From positions 1-55,342 of the forward strand of contig JACCYN010000379.1 of assembly GCA_013696465.1 (NCBI GenBank): a stretch of DNA of 55,342 nucleotides. Reading direction: 5' to 3'. Below, in pieces: positions 1 through 8,549 of this stretch (positions are counted from its first letter, which is position 1; every line of letters begins with the position of its first letter). This DNA comes from Pyrinomonadaceae bacterium. GTDB taxonomy: Bacteria > Acidobacteriota > Blastocatellia > Pyrinomonadales > Pyrinomonadaceae. The position numbers and the translations under genes are program-made. The notes under the pieces are model-generated. The model was not told where the DNA came from. It did not search any database and was given only the letters and a program-made list of their open reading frames with translations.

Positions 1-103
1 AGGCGCTTGCCTGTTGACATGGAGAGAATTATGAATAAGAAACTTGTAAAGCTCCAATTGATAATCTTTGGTTGCCTGCTGTAAGTCGCCATAGTTTTTG
101 TAA

Positions 104-448
104 ATGGACACCCTAGACCAGTCCGCAGCCCTCCAATTTGAAACGCGCTGCGGTTGGCTTAGTAATCCGACGCCCGCGAACATTTGGCTGTATGATCGGG
201 ACGGCGAATGGATAATCGGGATACAAGGCGGGTATCAGGTTGAAGGCGACTGGGAATTGCCGTATTTCAGTCCGCGGCAATGGGTGCGGACTAATGTAGA
301 CAGCTATGGCTATGGATGCGCGTGCCTGCGGCTTCGAGTCAACAGAGAGACTCACGAAGTGATAGAGATTGAAAGTTCCCGTGCGCGTCCATTGGCAGCA
401 TGTCGTCAGGATCGCTCGTTAAGGCGATGGAGGCGTATGTTTAGGTGA
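104..448 (+). CDS. DUF4087-like small protein
   Basis: 114-aa ORF with ATG start. The motifs ETRCGWLSNPTPANIWLYDRDGEW and SYGYGCACL match my recollection of the DUF4087 family. There is no in-frame signal peptide (see finding). Confidence 0.6.
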   Translation: MDTLDQSAALQFETRCGWLSNPTPANIWLYDRDGEWIIGIQGGYQVEGDWELPYFSPRQWVRTNVDSYGYGCACLRLRVNRETHEVIEIESSRARPLAACRQDRSLRRWRRMFR

Positions 449-522
449 AAAATATTTGGAGAGCCGCGCCGAATAAGTCATTGGAACTGGTGTAGAAATA
501 AAGAAGTTCTACGGCTGTATTC

Positions 523-999
523 TTAATTCTCCCTCCATTCCGGTATCGCTCGCACGCGCCTGACATAGATCGAGGCGCCCTGCACTCTTTCCACTACGAC
601 GCGCTCGCCAGTTTCCAGTGGCTGTTCGCCTTCTGCCGGATAGGCTGTCCAAGTCGATCCGAAAACTTTAACCGCGCCCTCGTGTAGCGCGCCGCGACTT
701 GATGTGCTGACTGTGCCGATCTGTCCCGGAAGCGCGTCAACGCCCGTTTTGAGTTCGGGGCTGCCGCTGCCGTGCGTGAAGTAATTGCTGAAGATTGTTC
801 GTGAAAGAGCTGTTAGCCCAATCGAGACAACGAAGAAGCCGAGAAACTGTAGTGGGTAATCAAAGCCGATGACGCTCATGAACGCGGCGGTGAGCGCACC
901 GACGCCGAACCAGAGCAAGACAAAACCGGGCGTGAATATTTCGGCGATGATGAGGATCACGCCGAGCACCGCCCAGAGAATTGGTATTAGCATCTCCAT
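523..999 (-). CDS. NfeD family membrane protein
   Basis: ATG start. It has N-terminal hydrophobic helices (ILWAVLGVILIIAEIFTPGFVLLWFGVGALTAAF) and a C-terminal soluble OB-like part (GAVKVFGSTWTAY...GERVVVERVQGASIYV). It lies 7 nt downstream of the preceding gene. Confidence 0.8.
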   Translation of the reverse strand: MEMLIPILWAVLGVILIIAEIFTPGFVLLWFGVGALTAAFMSVIGFDYPLQFLGFFVVSIGLTALSRTIFSNYFTHGSGSPELKTGVDALPGQIGTVSTSSRGALHEGAVKVFGSTWTAYPAEGEQPLETGERVVVERVQGASIYVRRVRAIPEWREN

Positions 1000-1006
1000 T
1001 TGTCGC

Positions 1007-1504
1007 TTAGGGGTTGCGCCCGGCGCGGCGCGGCACAGGCTCCAGTAATTCAGTTGTACGGTCGGTCACGCTTCGTCCCGCGTTAAACTCAACGGCTTCG
1101 CTTGCAGGAAGCGAAGGCGCGGTTGAGTTATTGGCGAATTGTGCATTTTGGTCGCCGGGTGCGTTGTTGGCGCGCCCTCTTTTTAAGTGTCGATCAAGTT
1201 TGAGTGCGATAAAGAGATTGCAGATTTGCCACACGGCGACAGTGAGGCTGAAGGCGGCCGCGACGTAAACCGCCCAGTTCCCCTTGCCGGTTCCCAGATG
1301 CGTGGCGTAGAGTGCGATTGCCGAGAACAACGCGAAACTCGCGCTCAACACGCTCATGATGCGAATCATTTTGATGTTCTGCTGCGGAGACGAACCGCCA
1401 AACTCCGTCTGTGCCGACACTTTCGGATCGGGCAGCCATTCGCCGCAGCGTGTGCAATAAGATTTCGTTTTCTGATTTCCGGCTCCGCAGCTAAGGCAAA
1501 ACAT
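1007..1504 (-). CDS. zinc-ribbon membrane protein (2 TM) with C-terminal SVTDRTTELLE box
   Basis: It starts MFCLSCG...YCTRCG (a CxxC...CxxC ribbon) and has two hydrophobic helices. It is a paralogue of 44113..44694. Confidence 0.7.
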   Translation of the reverse strand: MFCLSCGAGNQKTKSYCTRCGEWLPDPKVSAQTEFGGSSPQQNIKMIRIMSVLSASFALFSAIALYATHLGTGKGNWAVYVAAAFSLTVAVWQICNLFIALKLDRHLKRGRANNAPGDQNAQFANNSTAPSLPASEAVEFNAGRSVTDRTTELLEPVPRRAGRNP

Positions 1505-1537
1505 AATTCAATCCTTCCATCCCCACCTTATCGTGTT

Positions 1538-2458
1538 TTAACCTCTGAGCAAATTCTTCGTGATAAACCAGACGTTGGCGGGTCGCTCCGCCAAGCGGCG
1601 CATGAAATACGGATACCAGTGTTTGCCGTAAGGCACGTAGACGCGCATGTTGTAGCCGTCGCGCGCGAGCTGCTCTTGCAAATCGCGGCGCACGCCGTAG
1701 AGCATTTGAAATTCAAATTTGTCTTTGCCGATGTTCTCTTTTTTGACATGATTAATCGTCGCTTCGATCATGCGTTCATCGTGCGTCGCAATGCCGTGAT
1801 ACGTGCCCGAAGAAAGCAACGTGCGCATTAGTTTCACGTAGTTTGCGTCAACATCCTTTTTGTCGGGGAATGCGACCTCTGCCCCTTCGTTGTAAGCTCC
1901 TTTGCAAAGACGTATGCGCGCCGGAATCTTTAGCAGATCGCGCACGTCCGATTCGGTGCGACGCAAATAGGATTGCACGACGATGCCGACCGTGTTCAAG
2001 TCGAACTCATCGCGCAGACGCTTGAAGATGTCAATCGTCACCTGCGTCACGTCCGAGCCTTCCATGTCAACGCGCACAAAGTTGCCGCGTTCAGCCGCTT
2101 CGACAACGACCGCACGGGCGTTCGTGTAACCCAACTCCGGGTCAATGCCGAGACCAAACTGTGTGAGTTTGATCGAGACGTTGGAGCGGATGCCCGTCGC
2201 ATCAATGCGCGAGAGGATGCGCAGGTATTCGCGCACTTCCTCTTCAGTTTCTTCACTGCGCGCGACGGATTCGTTAAGGTGATCGAACGAGGCCGTGCAA
2301 CCGAGCTTGTTAATCTCGCGGATCGCGCTCGCCGCGTCGTCAATGGTTTCGCCCGCGACAAAGCGCGTGGTTAAATTTTTGAACGGGCGAAAGCGCGTCG
2401 CAAAGTCCTTCAATCCCTCTTGACGCGAAAGGTAAAGCAGAGCGTTTCTAGCAACCAT
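1538..2458 (-). CDS. proline dehydrogenase family protein
   Basis: 306-aa ORF with ATG start. The sequence pattern (FVAGETIDDA...SFDHLNESV...NVSIKLTQFGL...VRVDMEGS...RLCKGAY...GIATHD...FQMLYGV) is typical of monofunctional PutA-type proline dehydrogenases. Confidence 0.85.
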   Translation of the reverse strand: MVARNALLYLSRQEGLKDFATRFRPFKNLTTRFVAGETIDDAASAIREINKLGCTASFDHLNESVARSEETEEEVREYLRILSRIDATGIRSNVSIKLTQFGLGIDPELGYTNARAVVVEAAERGNFVRVDMEGSDVTQVTIDIFKRLRDEFDLNTVGIVVQSYLRRTESDVRDLLKIPARIRLCKGAYNEGAEVAFPDKKDVDANYVKLMRTLLSSGTYHGIATHDERMIEATINHVKKENIGKDKFEFQMLYGVRRDLQEQLARDGYNMRVYVPYGKHWYPYFMRRLAERPANVWFITKNLLRG

Positions 2459-2670
2459 CGTTTCCTTTGTTCCTCAAATGAATAAAACTCAAATTTCAAA
2501 TTCGGTTTCTAAACACTGCATACGCAAAAGCACAAAGCCTGCATTTCTTTTCTACACAAACAGTTCGCCCTGATTATGGTATGCTTAAAGTCGTTTTAGC
2601 CCTTACCTAGTAACAAATTTTGGGACTGCTTTCTACGATTTTTGTTTCTTCTTCAGAAGATTCAATTCAC

Positions 2671-3048
2671 ATGCGCTGGAAGCTGTTAATCATCACCTCC
2701 CTGCTTGCCGCCCTTATCGGCGCGCTTCCCCTGCTGCTAGGCTTCCACTTCGGGATTTTCGGCTCGCTTCCCACGACATGGAGCGTGCTACTCATCAATT
2801 TGAATCCAAGAGTTTTATTGTCTCTGTTACTACCAATTGCCGCGATCACTTATGCAACTGTTTTTGTTTACCGCCATACCGCACGACGGCGCGTGCTGCA
2901 AGCAAGCATCACAGCTTTACTCGCCGTTCTTCTTACGTCGGCAGCTCTCAACTTCGGCGTAATGTTCCTTAGCAACTTTTCTTCTCCAAAAGCCGCGAGC
3001 AATCAAACACTACACATCATCGTCCTCCTCAAAGGGTCAACTCTTTAA
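2671..3048 (+). CDS. hypothetical polytopic membrane protein
   Basis: The ORF runs from ATG 2671 (the track ORF begins at TTG 2620). It has 3-4 hydrophobic segments, no recognisable domain, and lies in an AT-richer stretch. Confidence 0.4.
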   Translation: MRWKLLIITSLLAALIGALPLLLGFHFGIFGSLPTTWSVLLINLNPRVLLSLLLPIAAITYATVFVYRHTARRRVLQASITALLAVLLTSAALNFGVMFLSNFSSPKAASNQTLHIIVLLKGSTL

Positions 3049-3185
3049 CCGTTTACTGCCGCCGAAACGAAAAGATTTGTGTCCCGTGCGGCGGGCTTCG
3101 CGTCGTAATACTTCATAATGTTTGAAGTGCTAATTACCGTCGCAATGATACCATCGGCACGGGTTCGCACCAATGTTTATCTTGT

Positions 3186-3767
3186 TTACTCCGCGTCGCT
3201 TGGCCGCAAATCGAGTTCGGATTGCGCGGGATGTAAAGCGTCAATCACAAAGCGGATGTGGTCGTCCAATTCGACGCCGAGTTCTGCCGCGCCCTGCCGA
3301 ATGTCGTCGCGGTTAACGGTGCGCGCGAAGGCTTTGTCTTTAAGTTTCTTTTTAACGGACGACACTTCGAGTCCGTCGAGATTGCGCGACGGGCGCACGA
3401 GCGCGCACGCGACGAGGAAGCCGCACAATTCGTCAACCGCAAACAGGGCGCGCGCCATCTGCGTGTCGCGAGGCACACCTGTGTACGGCGCGTGCCCCAT
3501 GATCGCGCGGATCATCTGATCGGGATAGCCGCGCCCGCAGAGGATATTCGCGCCTTTATAGGGATGCTCCGCCTCACCCGGAAACATTTCATAATCGAAG
3601 TCATGCAGCAAGCCTGTGATGCCCCATTCTTCGGCGTCCCCTTCCCCATCGCCGTAGCGCAGAGCACATTGCCGCATCGCCGCTTCAACCGCGAGCGCAT
3701 GACGCCGCAAACTCTCGCCCTTCGTGTATTCGCAAAGCAATTGCCACGCATCGTTTCGGTCAGGCAT
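3186..3767 (-). CDS. HD/HDIG domain metal-dependent phosphohydrolase
   Basis: Contains RRHALAVEAAMR...GLLHDFDYE...HPYKG (an H...HD...D pattern). I prefer the internal ATG at 3767 (MPDRNDAW) over the upstream ATG at 3824. Confidence 0.75.
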   Translation of the reverse strand: MPDRNDAWQLLCEYTKGESLRRHALAVEAAMRQCALRYGDGEGDAEEWGITGLLHDFDYEMFPGEAEHPYKGANILCGRGYPDQMIRAIMGHAPYTGVPRDTQMARALFAVDELCGFLVACALVRPSRNLDGLEVSSVKKKLKDKAFARTVNRDDIRQGAAELGVELDDHIRFVIDALHPAQSELDLRPSDAE

Positions 3768-3922
3768 CGTAAATTTCCGTCGCATTTGGAGAAATGGTGG
3801 ATAGCATTTACGAAAGTTTCGCACGTTTCCCGCCCGACCTTCAATATTTGCCGTCGTTGTGGCTTGCCGCTCGCAGATTCATCAACTAAAATGCTTATGA
3901 AATTTTTCTTTTTCGTAACTCC

Positions 3923-5191
3923 ATGTCAATTGTTCTGGTCGGGATCAGCCACAAAACCGCTCCGGTCGAGATTCGTGAGTCGCTCGCGTTCACAAAGGAT
4001 GCGTGTGCCGAAAGTCTCGGCGCGCTTGTGGACGGCGCGGCGGTGCGCGAAGCCTTGATCGTTTCGACGTGCAACCGCGTGGAGGTAATCTCGGCAACGG
4101 GCGATAATCAAGAAGAGGAAGGCGTGGCGCGCATCTGTGATTTTTTAAGCACAAAGCGCAATGTGCCTCCCGCCCTGCTCGCCAATCACATTTACGTTCA
4201 CCGCGATGAAGCGGCGGTGCGACATTTGTTTCGCGTCGCGGCGTCGCTTGATTCGATGGTCGTTGGCGAACCACAAGTGCTCGGTCAAGTGCGTGAGGCT
4301 TATTCGCTGGCGACGGAGCGCGGCACAACGGGGCGCGTGTTGCATCGCCTTTTGCATCACGCGCTGCGCGTCGCCAAGCGCGTCCGCACGGAGACGGGGA
4401 TCGCCTCTTCAGCAGTTTCGATAAGTTACGCGGCGGTCGAATTGGGGCGGAGGATTTTCGGCACGCTCGCAGGTCGCACGGTGATGTTGGTCGGCGCGGG
4501 TGAAATGGCCGAACTCGCCGCGCGTCATCTCGCGCGCAACGGAGCCGCGCGCATCCTTATCGCCAACCGCACGAAAGATACCGCGCGCGCGCTTGCCGCA
4601 CAGTTCGGCGGCGAAGCGTTTACTCTTGCTTCTCTCTCTCAACACCTCCCGCAAGCCGACATCATCATTTGCTCGACGGCGGCTGAAAGTTTCGTGATCA
4701 CGAAGGAGATGGCCGAAGAAGCTTCGCGGGTGCGCGGGGGGCGTCCAGCCTTCTTCATTGACATCAGCGTGCCGCGCAACGTCGATCCGGCGATCAGCGA
4801 CTTAGAAAATTCATTCGTTTACGATGTTGATGATCTGGCGTCGGTGGTGGAGACGAACAAGCGCGAACGCGAACGCGAAGCAGCGCGCGCCGAGTTGATC
4901 GTAGATTCGGAAGTTGAGCAGTTTAATCAGAAACTGCGTTTTATGGAGATCGGTTCAACCGTTGACGCGCTGCGGTGTAAGCTTCAACGCATCGCCGACG
5001 CCGAGTATGAACGCCAGCGTCACCGTCTGGGCGATCTCACTCCACAGCAGGAGCAAGCAGTGCGGGCGTTAATCGAAGCGACGATCAATAAAATATCTCA
5101 CCCTGTCATTCATCGCCTGCGTCGTTCATATGAAACAGGCGAGGCGGAAAACGTGCAGGCGTGGCGCGACAGTTTCGGCATTGAAGAATAG
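3923..5191 (+). CDS. hemA: glutamyl-tRNA reductase
   Basis: Shows the N-terminus MSIVLVGISHKTAPVEIRE, STCNRVE, and the NADPH-binding GAGEMAEL motif. It heads the hemACD gene order. Confidence 0.95.
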   Translation: MSIVLVGISHKTAPVEIRESLAFTKDACAESLGALVDGAAVREALIVSTCNRVEVISATGDNQEEEGVARICDFLSTKRNVPPALLANHIYVHRDEAAVRHLFRVAASLDSMVVGEPQVLGQVREAYSLATERGTTGRVLHRLLHHALRVAKRVRTETGIASSAVSISYAAVELGRRIFGTLAGRTVMLVGAGEMAELAARHLARNGAARILIANRTKDTARALAAQFGGEAFTLASLSQHLPQADIIICSTAAESFVITKEMAEEASRVRGGRPAFFIDISVPRNVDPAISDLENSFVYDVDDLASVVETNKREREREAARAELIVDSEVEQFNQKLRFMEIGSTVDALRCKLQRIADAEYERQRHRLGDLTPQQEQAVRALIEATINKISHPVIHRLRRSYETGEAENVQAWRDSFGIEE

Positions 5192-6140
5192 CAATTCATT
5201 CATTATCGGCTCGCGTGGTTCTCAACTCGCTTTGCAGCAAGCGAAAACGATTCAGGCGCGCCTGCAAACCCTTTCGCCGCACGCGGAAGTCCACATTGAG
5301 ATCATCAAGACCACTGGCGACCGTCTTAAAAACGCTCCGCTCTCAATCATCGGCGGTCAAGGCGTTTTCACCAAAGAACTTGAAGAAGCCCTGCTCGACG
5401 AACGAATTGACATCGCGGTTCACTCGCTCAAAGATTTACCCACCATCCTTCCGCACGGGCTTCACATCGCCGCCATAACCGAACGCGAAGACCCGCGCGA
5501 TGCTCTCGTGTTGCCCGCCCATGTTTCGCAGCAGCGTTCTCATCTTCAAACTTCGCTTGCGTCTCTTCCTGAGAACGCAGTCGTCGGCACATCAAGTCCG
5601 CGCCGCTCTTCACAGTTGAAACATCTTCATCCGCATCTTGAAATCAAAGAACTGCGCGGCAATGTTGACACGCGACTCGCCAAGCTTGATCGCGGAGACT
5701 ACGATGCGATCATCCTCGCCGCCGCCGGATTACGCAGATTAGGATCGGCAGAGCGTATAACTTCATACATTCCGATTGAAGAAATTTTGCCTGCGGTCGG
5801 ACAAGGCGCGCTCGGCATTGAAACGCGCACCGAAGATCAGAGGACAAACAAGTTTACGCAAAACCTTAACGACGAACCGACGGCATTAACGTGCGCGGCC
5901 GAACGCGCACTTCTGCGCAGTTTGGGCGGTGGCTGCCAACTGCCAATCGCCGCTCACGCTTTCATCACAAACACGAACCGCCTGCAACTTCACGGTATGG
6001 TTGCAAATCGCTCTGGCGAGATTGTGATCCGTGACGGGGTAGAAGGCGAAGCAAACGAGCCGCAGCGTTTAGGCGAAACGCTCGCCGAACAGCTAATGAA
6101 ACGCGGCGCAAACCGCTTGCTTCATGAATTGCAGTCTTGA
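5181..6140 (+). CDS. hemC: hydroxymethylbilane synthase (porphobilinogen deaminase)
   Basis: Contains IIGSRGSQLALQQA, TTGD and the C-terminal GGCQLPIAAHA motifs. The ATG at 5130 sits 62 nt inside hemA, whereas the in-frame TTG at 5181 gives a canonical N-terminus (MKNSNSFIIGSRGS). The start is uncertain. Confidence 0.9.
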   Translation: MKNSNSFIIGSRGSQLALQQAKTIQARLQTLSPHAEVHIEIIKTTGDRLKNAPLSIIGGQGVFTKELEEALLDERIDIAVHSLKDLPTILPHGLHIAAITEREDPRDALVLPAHVSQQRSHLQTSLASLPENAVVGTSSPRRSSQLKHLHPHLEIKELRGNVDTRLAKLDRGDYDAIILAAAGLRRLGSAERITSYIPIEEILPAVGQGALGIETRTEDQRTNKFTQNLNDEPTALTCAAERALLRSLGGGCQLPIAAHAFITNTNRLQLHGMVANRSGEIVIRDGVEGEANEPQRLGETLAEQLMKRGANRLLHELQS

Positions 6141-6219
6141 ATTTCAAACGCCGCAGCGTCTGAACTCGCTCACACCAAAAGCGGAACGGCGTTTTCATTG
6201 CTTCATAACTTGTTATTCA

Positions 6220-7026
6220 ATGCGTAATAAAGTATTGCCGCTCTTAGATCGCACGATCATGATCACGCGCCCGCGCACGCAGGCCGCCGAATTCGCGCAA
6301 CAACTCGAAGATTACGGCGCGCGCGTCGTGCAGTGTCCGATGATTGAGATCATCGAGCCGGAGTCTTATGAAGCGGTTGATGAAGCGATTGGTAATCTCT
6401 ACGGTTATGATTGGGTGATTTTCACGAGCGCGAACGGCGTCGAGTATTTCATGCGGCGATTAAGCGTGAACGGACGGGATGCGAGCGCGTTGGACGATTT
6501 GCGCGTGTGCGCCATCGGCGAGCGAACGGCCGAAGCGTTACGCGAAGCTGCGGTTCACGTTGACGTTGTGCCGGAGGAGTTTAAGGCCGAAGGCGTCTTT
6601 CGCGCGCTCGAAACATACATGGGCGGGCGGGAGAAACTGCAAGGGCAGGTTTTCCTTTTCCCCCGCGCTGCCGTCGCGCGCGATTATCTTCCTCGCGCTT
6701 TGGAAGAAGCGTGCGCGCGTGCCGATGTGGTCACAGTCTATCGCACTGTGCCGCCACAGAATCTGGATCGGGCGCGCGTTGAAGTGATGCTTGCGGGCGG
6801 CGGTATTGATTGCATTACATTCACGAGTTCGTCAACCGTTGCAAACTTCGCTCTGCTATTCGACACGACCGACCTAAACCAACTGCTCGCGGGCGTAGAC
6901 ATCGCGTGTATCGGTGACATCACCGCGCAGACGGCTGCCGATTACAACTTGCAGATTGACATTCAACCCGCAGAGTTCACCACCGCCGCGCTCGCAAGCG
7001 CCATCGCCGACTTTTACTCTCAATAG
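6220..7026 (+). CDS. hemD: uroporphyrinogen-III synthase
   Basis: Contains IMITRPRTQAAEF...YDWVIFTSANGV...FTSSSTV, the HemD signature regions. It follows hemC. I prefer ATG 6220 over the upstream 6124 start that overlaps hemC. Confidence 0.85.
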   Translation: MRNKVLPLLDRTIMITRPRTQAAEFAQQLEDYGARVVQCPMIEIIEPESYEAVDEAIGNLYGYDWVIFTSANGVEYFMRRLSVNGRDASALDDLRVCAIGERTAEALREAAVHVDVVPEEFKAEGVFRALETYMGGREKLQGQVFLFPRAAVARDYLPRALEEACARADVVTVYRTVPPQNLDRARVEVMLAGGGIDCITFTSSSTVANFALLFDTTDLNQLLAGVDIACIGDITAQTAADYNLQIDIQPAEFTTAALASAIADFYSQ

Positions 7027-7070
7027 AATCTCCGGGCGCGGGCGTCTTGACCAAACCGTCGCTTCTTCTG

Positions 7071-7079
7071 TGCTAAACT
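7071..7079 (+). promoter_or_regulatory. possible extended -10 element (TGC-TAAACT)
   Basis: The TGnTAAACT-like string ends 7 nt before ATG 7087. No convincing -35 was found. This is speculative. Confidence 0.2.
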
Positions 7080-7086
7080 GCGTTTG

Positions 7087-8520
7087 ATGCTGAAGCCGAA
7101 AGTTCTCATTGTTGACGACGAACCGGCCATCGCCGATGGTTTGCGCGATCTCCTCCATGAATGGGGTTTCGAGGTCGAATCGGAGCGGGACGGCTTCGCG
7201 GCGCTCGACCGCATCGAAAGTTTTCATCCTTCCGTAATCCTTACCGACGTTCTGATGCCGCGCATGGGCGGCTTCGCTTTGTTGAAAGAAGTGCGCGCGC
7301 GTTACCCGGAAACGGCCGTGATCCTTTTGACGGGGCGCGGCGATGTTGAAACGGCCGTGCGCGCCATCCGCGAAGAAGGCGCGTATCACTACTTTGAAAA
7401 GCCGGTCGAGCCGCACAAGCTGCGCATCGTCGTCGAGCGCGCCATCGAGCACACAGCGGCCAAACGCGAAAACGAAATTCTGCGCAAACAACTGCGCGAC
7501 AGCGGAGTGTTCGGCGAACTCGTCGGTTCGTCCGAATCAATGCGGCAGATTTACGCGCTCGTCGAACAGGTTGCGCCGTCGTCGGCTTCCGTCTTGATCA
7601 CGGGCGCATCGGGGACAGGCAAAGAACTCGTCGCGCGCACGATTCACAATCTGAGTCCACGAAAGAACGCGCCGTTTGTCGCCATTAATTGCTCGGCGAT
7701 CCCTGAGACGCTGATGGAATCCGAACTATTCGGACACGAAAGGGGCGCGTTCACAGGCGCGGCGCTGCGACGACAAGGATGCTTTGAACTCGCTCACACG
7801 GGCACGCTCTTGCTCGACGAAATCGCCGAGATGCCGACGTTTCTGCAAGCAAAGCTTCTGCGCGTGTTGGAAGAGCGAACCGTGCGGCGTTTAGGCGGGC
7901 GGCAAGAAATCCCGGTTGACGTGCGCGTGCTTGCGGCAACGAATAAAAATCCGTTGGAGCGCGTGCGGAGCGGAGAGTTCCGCGAAGACTTGCTGTATCG
8001 TTTGAATGTCATCAGCATCGAATTGCCCGCACTGCGTCACCGAAAAGACGATCTACCGCTTCTCGCTCAACATCTCGTTGACCAACTCTCCGAGAAGCAC
8101 ACGCGCCCGGCGCGATCCTTAAGCCCCGCCGCGCTCGACGCGCTTCAATCCTACGATTGGCCGGGCAACGTGCGCGAGTTGCGCAACGCGATTGAGCGCG
8201 CTGTGATCATCTGTTCCGGCGATCAGATTCAGCGTCATCATCTTGCCCCCTACCCGGTCGAACAACGCCAGCGCGTGCGCAGCGAAGACACGATTACGCT
8301 TCCCGTCGGCACGCCGATTGAAGAGGTCGAGCGGCAAATGATTCTGCGCACTCTACAAAAAACCGACAACAACAAAACCCGCGCCGCCGAACTGCTGCAA
8401 ATAAGCCTCAAGACTTTGCATAACAAACTTCGCAGCTACCGCGAACGCGGTCAACTCCCTGACTCCATTCAGTATCACCCGACGAGTCTTTCGCCTGTTG
8501 ACAACAACGCCGGGCACTAA
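7087..8520 (+). CDS. sigma-54-dependent Fis-family response regulator (NtrC class)
   Basis: It has a receiver domain (VLIVDDEP...[12 protein letters not shown]), an AAA+ domain with Walker A GASGTGKE and the GAFTGA loop (ERGAFTGA), and a C-terminal Fis-type HTH ([20 protein letters not shown]). Confidence 0.9.
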   Translation: MLKPKVLIVDDEPAIADGLRDLLHEWGFEVESERDGFAALDRIESFHPSVILTDVLMPRMGGFALLKEVRARYPETAVILLTGRGDVETAVRAIREEGAYHYFEKPVEPHKLRIVVERAIEHTAAKRENEILRKQLRDSGVFGELVGSSESMRQIYALVEQVAPSSASVLITGASGTGKELVARTIHNLSPRKNAPFVAINCSAIPETLMESELFGHERGAFTGAALRRQGCFELAHTGTLLLDEIAEMPTFLQAKLLRVLEERTVRRLGGRQEIPVDVRVLAATNKNPLERVRSGEFREDLLYRLNVISIELPALRHRKDDLPLLAQHLVDQLSEKHTRPARSLSPAALDALQSYDWPGNVRELRNAIERAVIICSGDQIQRHHLAPYPVEQRQRVRSEDTITLPVGTPIEEVERQMILRTLQKTDNNKTRAAELLQISLKTLHNKLRSYRERGQLPDSIQYHPTSLSPVDNNAGH

Positions 8521-8549
8521 AATTATAGTTCGACGGCTCGTGTGACTCA

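Noticed and set aside
463-485. A shared motif 15-25 nt after the stops of two plus-strand genes. GCCGCGCCGAATAAGTCATTGGA (463..485) follows the DUF4087-like gene, and GACGCCGCCCAACAAGTCATTGGA (9523..9546) follows the APH-like gene. I considered it as an integron attC-like or cassette boundary signal.
   Set aside because: The exact match is only 11 nt, and hundreds of such matches are expected by chance among all pairs in 55 kb. The flanking similarity needs gaps. The candidate R''/R' (GCCCAAC ... GTTGGTA) and inner repeats at 9516..9650 are not arranged in the mirrored order an attC hairpin requires. No integrase is present.
3860-3875. A sigma-54-like -24/-12 string TGGCTT-GCCGC-TCGCA with correct GG-N10-GC spacing, 48 nt upstream of hemA.
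   Set aside because: There are three mismatches to TGGCAC-N5-TTGCA. A match of this quality is expected about once by chance in a window of this size and GC content. hemA is not a typical sigma-54 target. It cannot be supported without genome-wide scoring or TSS data.
3258-4058. Long alternative-strand or alternative-frame ORFs. These are 3258..4058 (+, 266 aa), 1187..1831 (+), 37744..38502 (+, 252 aa), 51590..52459 (+, 289 aa), 50037..50759 (-, 240 aa), 12561..13160 (+) and 18932..19537 (+).
   Set aside because: Each lies antisense to, or out of frame within, a gene with clear family motifs (HD protein, proline dehydrogenase, HD-GYP, acnA, TPR, ptsI/ptsH). Their products are Arg/Ala/Pro-rich low-complexity strings, typical of spurious ORFs in GC-rich DNA.
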